Positions 59,573 through 64,000 of a stretch of DNA of 64,000 nucleotides are shown one piece after another. This stretch comes from Pseudovirgaria hyperparasitica (lineage: Eukaryota). The stretch is from the NCBI GenBank assembly GCA_010093815.1, contig ML996582.1; one strand, 5' to 3'. Every line of letters begins with the position of its first letter. The stretch's first letter is position 1. The position numbers were made by a program, and so were the translations under genes. Under the pieces are notes generated by a model. That model had not been told where the DNA came from. It was given only the letters and a program-made list of their open reading frames with translations, and searched no databases.

Positions 59573-61151
59573 GGTACGTAATTAATTGCCCGCTCTTTAA
59601 CACTTGCACCTAGTAATAACCTGATACGCGAACGTGAGTGGAGAAGAACCTAATGCAGTCGAAACCTGGGGCTGATTATTAAGGAACCACTGCCAGTGGA
59701 CTTCTTCTGCACTCTTAGCTCTCTACTAAAGCCATTCACCTTGACTGAAATACTATATCTAAATACAAAGGACTACCATCGTTGATGGTGCAACATGAGC
59801 GGTGCTCGCTTCCTGTACACTTTCACTTCTAATTTCACGGCAGCGCATTAGCCCGCACTGGCAACCTCGCAAGCCACCACCTAATGTCGATGTGAGCAAG
59901 GGCTCCAAGACCTTTGCCACGAATGCCGACATATATCTACATATTTGCACCATATATCAACTGAACAGAAGCAATCGAATGTCGTTAATGATGTCCAAGT
60001 GCGCAAGAAGGCGCAGACGTTATCGATTACGGCCCGCTACTGTCCATGTAGGTACATAATACGATTATTCAAGTTTGATTAAACGCTTTCCAGTCTCGCC
60101 CTCCTATTATTATCATGCTACCTACACATGTTGCATTCCAACCCGGGCAAGTCTCGCCCAAGACAGCCGCTTCAAAGCTCGCTCATCCGCCTCATGTGCC
60201 AACACTAGCTTTACGCCGCAGGTCGAAGTGGGTCTCGCGCACGTCTCGCGACTGGCACGCCGGATGGATCATGCAGGGAGTCAACGTCTGACGTAATGAA
60301 GACGCTGACGCTCCACGCAACAGATGCTCTTTGCGAAACTCCATAGCGTTGGTGCTCACTTTGCCAGGTCCCTATTCTCCTATTGTTAGAAGACTGTTGA
60401 ACATATTGCTGTGCCTTCCTTATCCGCCGACACTCCGCACGGGAGTACTTGAAGGCTTCAAAACACCTACACCCAACGCTACCGACCCAAGTTTGCATTC
60501 TCCACTTACGCAAAATTTTCCTCGCATCACGGATCACGTTGTGGAACATCTCGCCGTCTCCATTTTTCCTGCCGTTGATATCACGAGCACTTGAGCCATG
60601 GAACTAAGATGGACCCCTTGAAATTTTCGTTGAACCTTGAGGCCGTAACGGTCACGCAAAGCCCACAATTGTTATCGTCTTCGGTGGGTCGATGAACTAT
60701 TTCACTCGCATGGTAGGGATTGAACCACACCCTCCGATATTCCTGTACCTGGCTCCCAGTGGATCGCGTGGGTATCAACACGATCTCAAAACCGAGTAAA
60801 ACCCGACTTTGCAAAAGATGGAATTGATACACGGCATGCAGTTACTTCTTTATCGTTGACGGTAGCGGAGTAAGTACCCCAACGCACTTTCTGTCTCCAG
60901 CGGAGCCCCGTGGTTGTTGCAGGTGATAACCTGCTCGAGCTTCTCTTTAAGTTGAACATGGGCTAATGATCCACTTCGAGCAGTGGACGCAACTATAAAA
61001 TTGCTTCTCCTCACTTCTGACTTCCAAGTTCTATTCCTGTTTCTTTTCTGTACTGTCGTTTCTAATTCCTGCCCCAACCATAATAAACATAGTCACTTCT
61101 GACATCAGAGCCTCAATCTGCCTCGAACCTTGCGTTCTCAACTTTCTCGGT

Positions 61152-62929
61152 ATGAGGTTCCTACATAGAAGACCAAGTAGCGTACCGACGAGCGGCAAGT
61201 CGACCCCAAAGACGACTAATGCAACGAACACTCCGTACAATAGATCGACCGAAGAACTCCCAGCTACAGACTCGAGTACCTCTGAGAAGCAAAGCATCGA
61301 CGAGGGTTCTGTATCATGGTTTGCAGTATTCATGGGCTTGGTGGCTTCACTAGGTGGCTTCATGTTTGGCTACGAGAGTGGTCAAATCTCAGGTACATTG
61401 CGGGTTATGCCTTTTTGGGACCGGAAGGCTAACGATCTTCAGGCTTTCTCCAAGAGTCTGACTTCAGACAACGCTTTGCAGAACACGGAAGAGATTTCAG
61501 CAATGCCCGCTCTGGTACTATCGTTGCTCTACTCTGCATTGGGACGCTTCTAGGATGTTTGATATCTGCTCCGCTCGCTGATCGTATTGGACGTCGTTAT
61601 ACAATATCCAGTGCTGCTTTGTTTTACATCATTGGGGTCATTATCGAGATCACGTCGTCTACGAAGTGGTATCAGTTCGCCATTGGACGTCTCGTGGCTG
61701 GTCTAGGTATCGGTGCACTGAGTGTCACCGTGCCCATGTATCAATCCGAAAGTGTGCCAAAGAAGATTCGAGGGACTATCGTTACCTCATACCAGCTCCT
61801 CATCACCATTGGTATTTGGACAGCGTACATGGTCAACTACGGAACGTCAAAGGACTACGTCAACTCCGCTCAATGGCGCATTCCCAATGGTCTCTCAGCT
61901 TTGTGGGCCCTCATCCTCGGTGGTCTCATCCTTCTTTTTCCGGAGTCTCCTCGATATGCATACCGTATGGGTCATGAGGAACAAGCGCGCAAGACCATGG
62001 GCCGTCTCGCAAATGTTGATCCGCACGGCCCACACATCAACCGCGAAATTGCTGAGATCGAGGAAAAACTTGCTGCAGAACGCGCTGGTGGTGACCATGG
62101 AATGATGGAAGTGTTCACTGGCCCTCGAATGATGTATCGCACTCTTTTGGGTATGATCTTACAGGCTGGACAACAACTCACTGGGGGCAACTACTTCTTT
62201 TATTACGTCATCACGATTTTCACTGCGACAGGACTGTCAAATCCCTACGTCACCTCAATCATTATCGGCTCCGTTAACGTCGGAGCTACCATTCTGGCTA
62301 TCATCTTCGGTGACCGTATTGGTCGTCGAAAGGCTCTTATGGGCGGAGCTGCCTGGATGTTCGTATGCTTCGTAATATACGCTTTCGTTGGTCATTTTAT
62401 GCTTAAAGAGGGTCATGGCAATACCAGCACTGCCGGTTCTCTACTCATCGTCTTTACATGTCTCTTCATCGCTGCTTTTGCAACAACTTGGGGTCCACTC
62501 GTGTGGAGCGTGGTTGGTGAATTGTACCCCGCTCGCTATCGCGCATGGGGTATTGCTCTTGCAACATCAGCAAACTGGGGCATGAACTTCCTCATCTCGT
62601 TCTTCAGTCCCTTCATTACTGGCAAGATTGATTACTATTACGGACTTGTTTTCGGTGTTTGCTGTCTTGCACTGTTCTTCATTGTTTACTTTTTCATGAT
62701 CGAGTCTCTCGGCCGGTCCCTCGAGGAGATCGATACCATGTACGTGTTGCATGTCGATCCACGGAAAAGCGCTTCATGGACTGGAGACGATCTTGGCCGT
62801 GATGGACCGATTGCCGGAACTGATCAGATGTTTTTGACAAGTGGCGGACGGAACATCAAGAAGGTTACTGAAGGTGGTGACGCAGTGAGGGCTCAGAGTG
62901 TTCATCTTGAGGGTTCGTCGAGCACTTAG
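61152..62929 (+). CDS. MFS sugar porter (hexose transporter), 2 exons
   Basis: GGFMFGYESGQISG / intron 61393-61442 / ADRIGRR, GRLVAGLGIG, PMYQSES, PESPR, QQLTGGNYFFYY, WGPLVW, ESLGRSLEEID. Confidence 0.9.
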
Positions 62930-63397
62930 CCGCAGAATATTGGATGATTGCCCCGAAAACACGTTTTAGCATGGTATCATATCGGATAGGACGTGATATC
63001 CCCGTCACTGTGTTTCAGCACATGTGCGGGGATCATACCGCTGCATAAGCAGCTCGGGGGTTTCTCAATAATCACTTTCGAATACTCATGTATATTTGAA
63101 CCCAAATGCTCGCCATCTATTGATTCTTGCAAGTCATGATAGGCATCAGTATCCTCTTTCTACGTTTGAGCGGACGAAAAGGCCGTTGTAGCCGGTAACC
63201 AGGGTCTAGAAATGTAGGGGTTTCAAAACGCCATATCTGTTGTACCATGGCTTACCCCTCTTCTTCTAGGTAACACAGGTTACTGTTTCAATGTTTGTCC
63301 TCCCGCATTCACAGTTTGAGCTCGTTATTCATCGCCACCGCAAAAATCCTACAGAGTCACAGGTTCCTTCTAGATTAAAAGCAATAAAACTTTCGCC

Positions 63398-64000
63398 ATG
63401 ACTGAAAGTAGCCCACACGTCGTTACTTCAGCCATAACGTCCTATGGCGGTATTTCCATGCTCACCCAAATCGAGCAAGGTCTTACAAAGAATCCTCATT
63501 CTCTAGCTGTCATATCACAACATCAACTTTCAGGGCATCTGTCTGATATTACCAGTCCTTGTACGGACGAACCAGTGAACAACGGCTGCTTGGCCTGGAC
63601 ATACACTCAGCTCTTCGAAGCAGCCCTAAGACTGGCACTCGGCTTACGCATTCGGAGCATCCCAACTAACTCGGCTATTGTTACATTTATCCCTAACAGA
63701 GTTGAGTGGGCTCTCTTCCTTTGGGCGTCGACCATACATAAGCTGAACTTTGGATCTTTGGATCATACTGCACTCCAATCTGGCCGCCAACAAGAGCTCA
63801 GGGGCTACCTGACAGTACTTCGGCCTACAGTCGCTGTTGTTGTCAGACCTGAAGATTATGGGCAGATATATCGTGCTTGTGATGCTTGCGGGGTGGAGCA
63901 GCCATTGGTGGTCGTCCTTGCGCCCACACAACCAGTATCAGATGAGGCGTCTCGCCCATGGGTATGTATTAGTGAACTAGCAGCGTTTATATCTCCGTCA
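63398..64000 (+). CDS. 5' part of an adenylate-forming (AMP-binding) enzyme / NRPS-like protein; runs off window edge
   Basis: ATG 63398 opens 201 codons with no stop: ...CLAWTYTQLFEAALRLALGL...IVTFIPNRVEWALFLWAS (A1-like W-T-Y-x-Q-L and PN-x-x-E motifs). Absent from the ORF track because there is no stop in the window. Confidence 0.65.
   Translation, partial: MTESSPHVVTSAITSYGGISMLTQIEQGLTKNPHSLAVISQHQLSGHLSDITSPCTDEPVNNGCLAWTYTQLFEAALRLALGLRIRSIPTNSAIVTFIPNRVEWALFLWASTIHKLNFGSLDHTALQSGRQQELRGYLTVLRPTVAVVVRPEDYGQIYRACDACGVEQPLVVVLAPTQPVSDEASRPWVCISELAAFISPS

Overview
Eukaryotic (filamentous ascomycete) genomic DNA with short GT-AG introns. The left ~24 kb is a compact housekeeping block: 3' end of a JmjC/TYW4-like gene, PPS1-like phosphatase, Pol delta subunit 4, UCH, DcpS, a HET protein, a carboxylesterase, LSM8, a PITH protein, VPS20 and RIX7. 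The centre (~26.6-44.4 kb) is an intronless triterpenoid biosynthetic cluster with the nine-gene inventory of the helvolic-acid (fusidane antibiotic) pathway: a protostadienol-synthase-type oxidosqualene cyclase carrying the diagnostic PPGGMR motif, four paralogous P450s, one SDR, two BAHD-type acyltransferases and a 3-ketosteroid-delta1-dehydrogenase. Two tailoring genes (one acyltransferase and the dehydrogenase) are pseudogenes, so a truncated fusidane product is predicted. The cluster is bracketed by AT-rich relics and followed by a delta24-sterol-reductase-like gene. The right ~20 kb is accessory: sulfotransferase-like P-loop protein, GNAT pseudogene, tyrosinase, trans-aconitate methyltransferase, sugar transporter and the start of an AMP-binding enzyme. 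There are also several non-autonomous inverted-repeat elements, including two related Mutator-like MITEs with 9-bp target-site duplications. All homology calls are from recognised motifs, not database searches.
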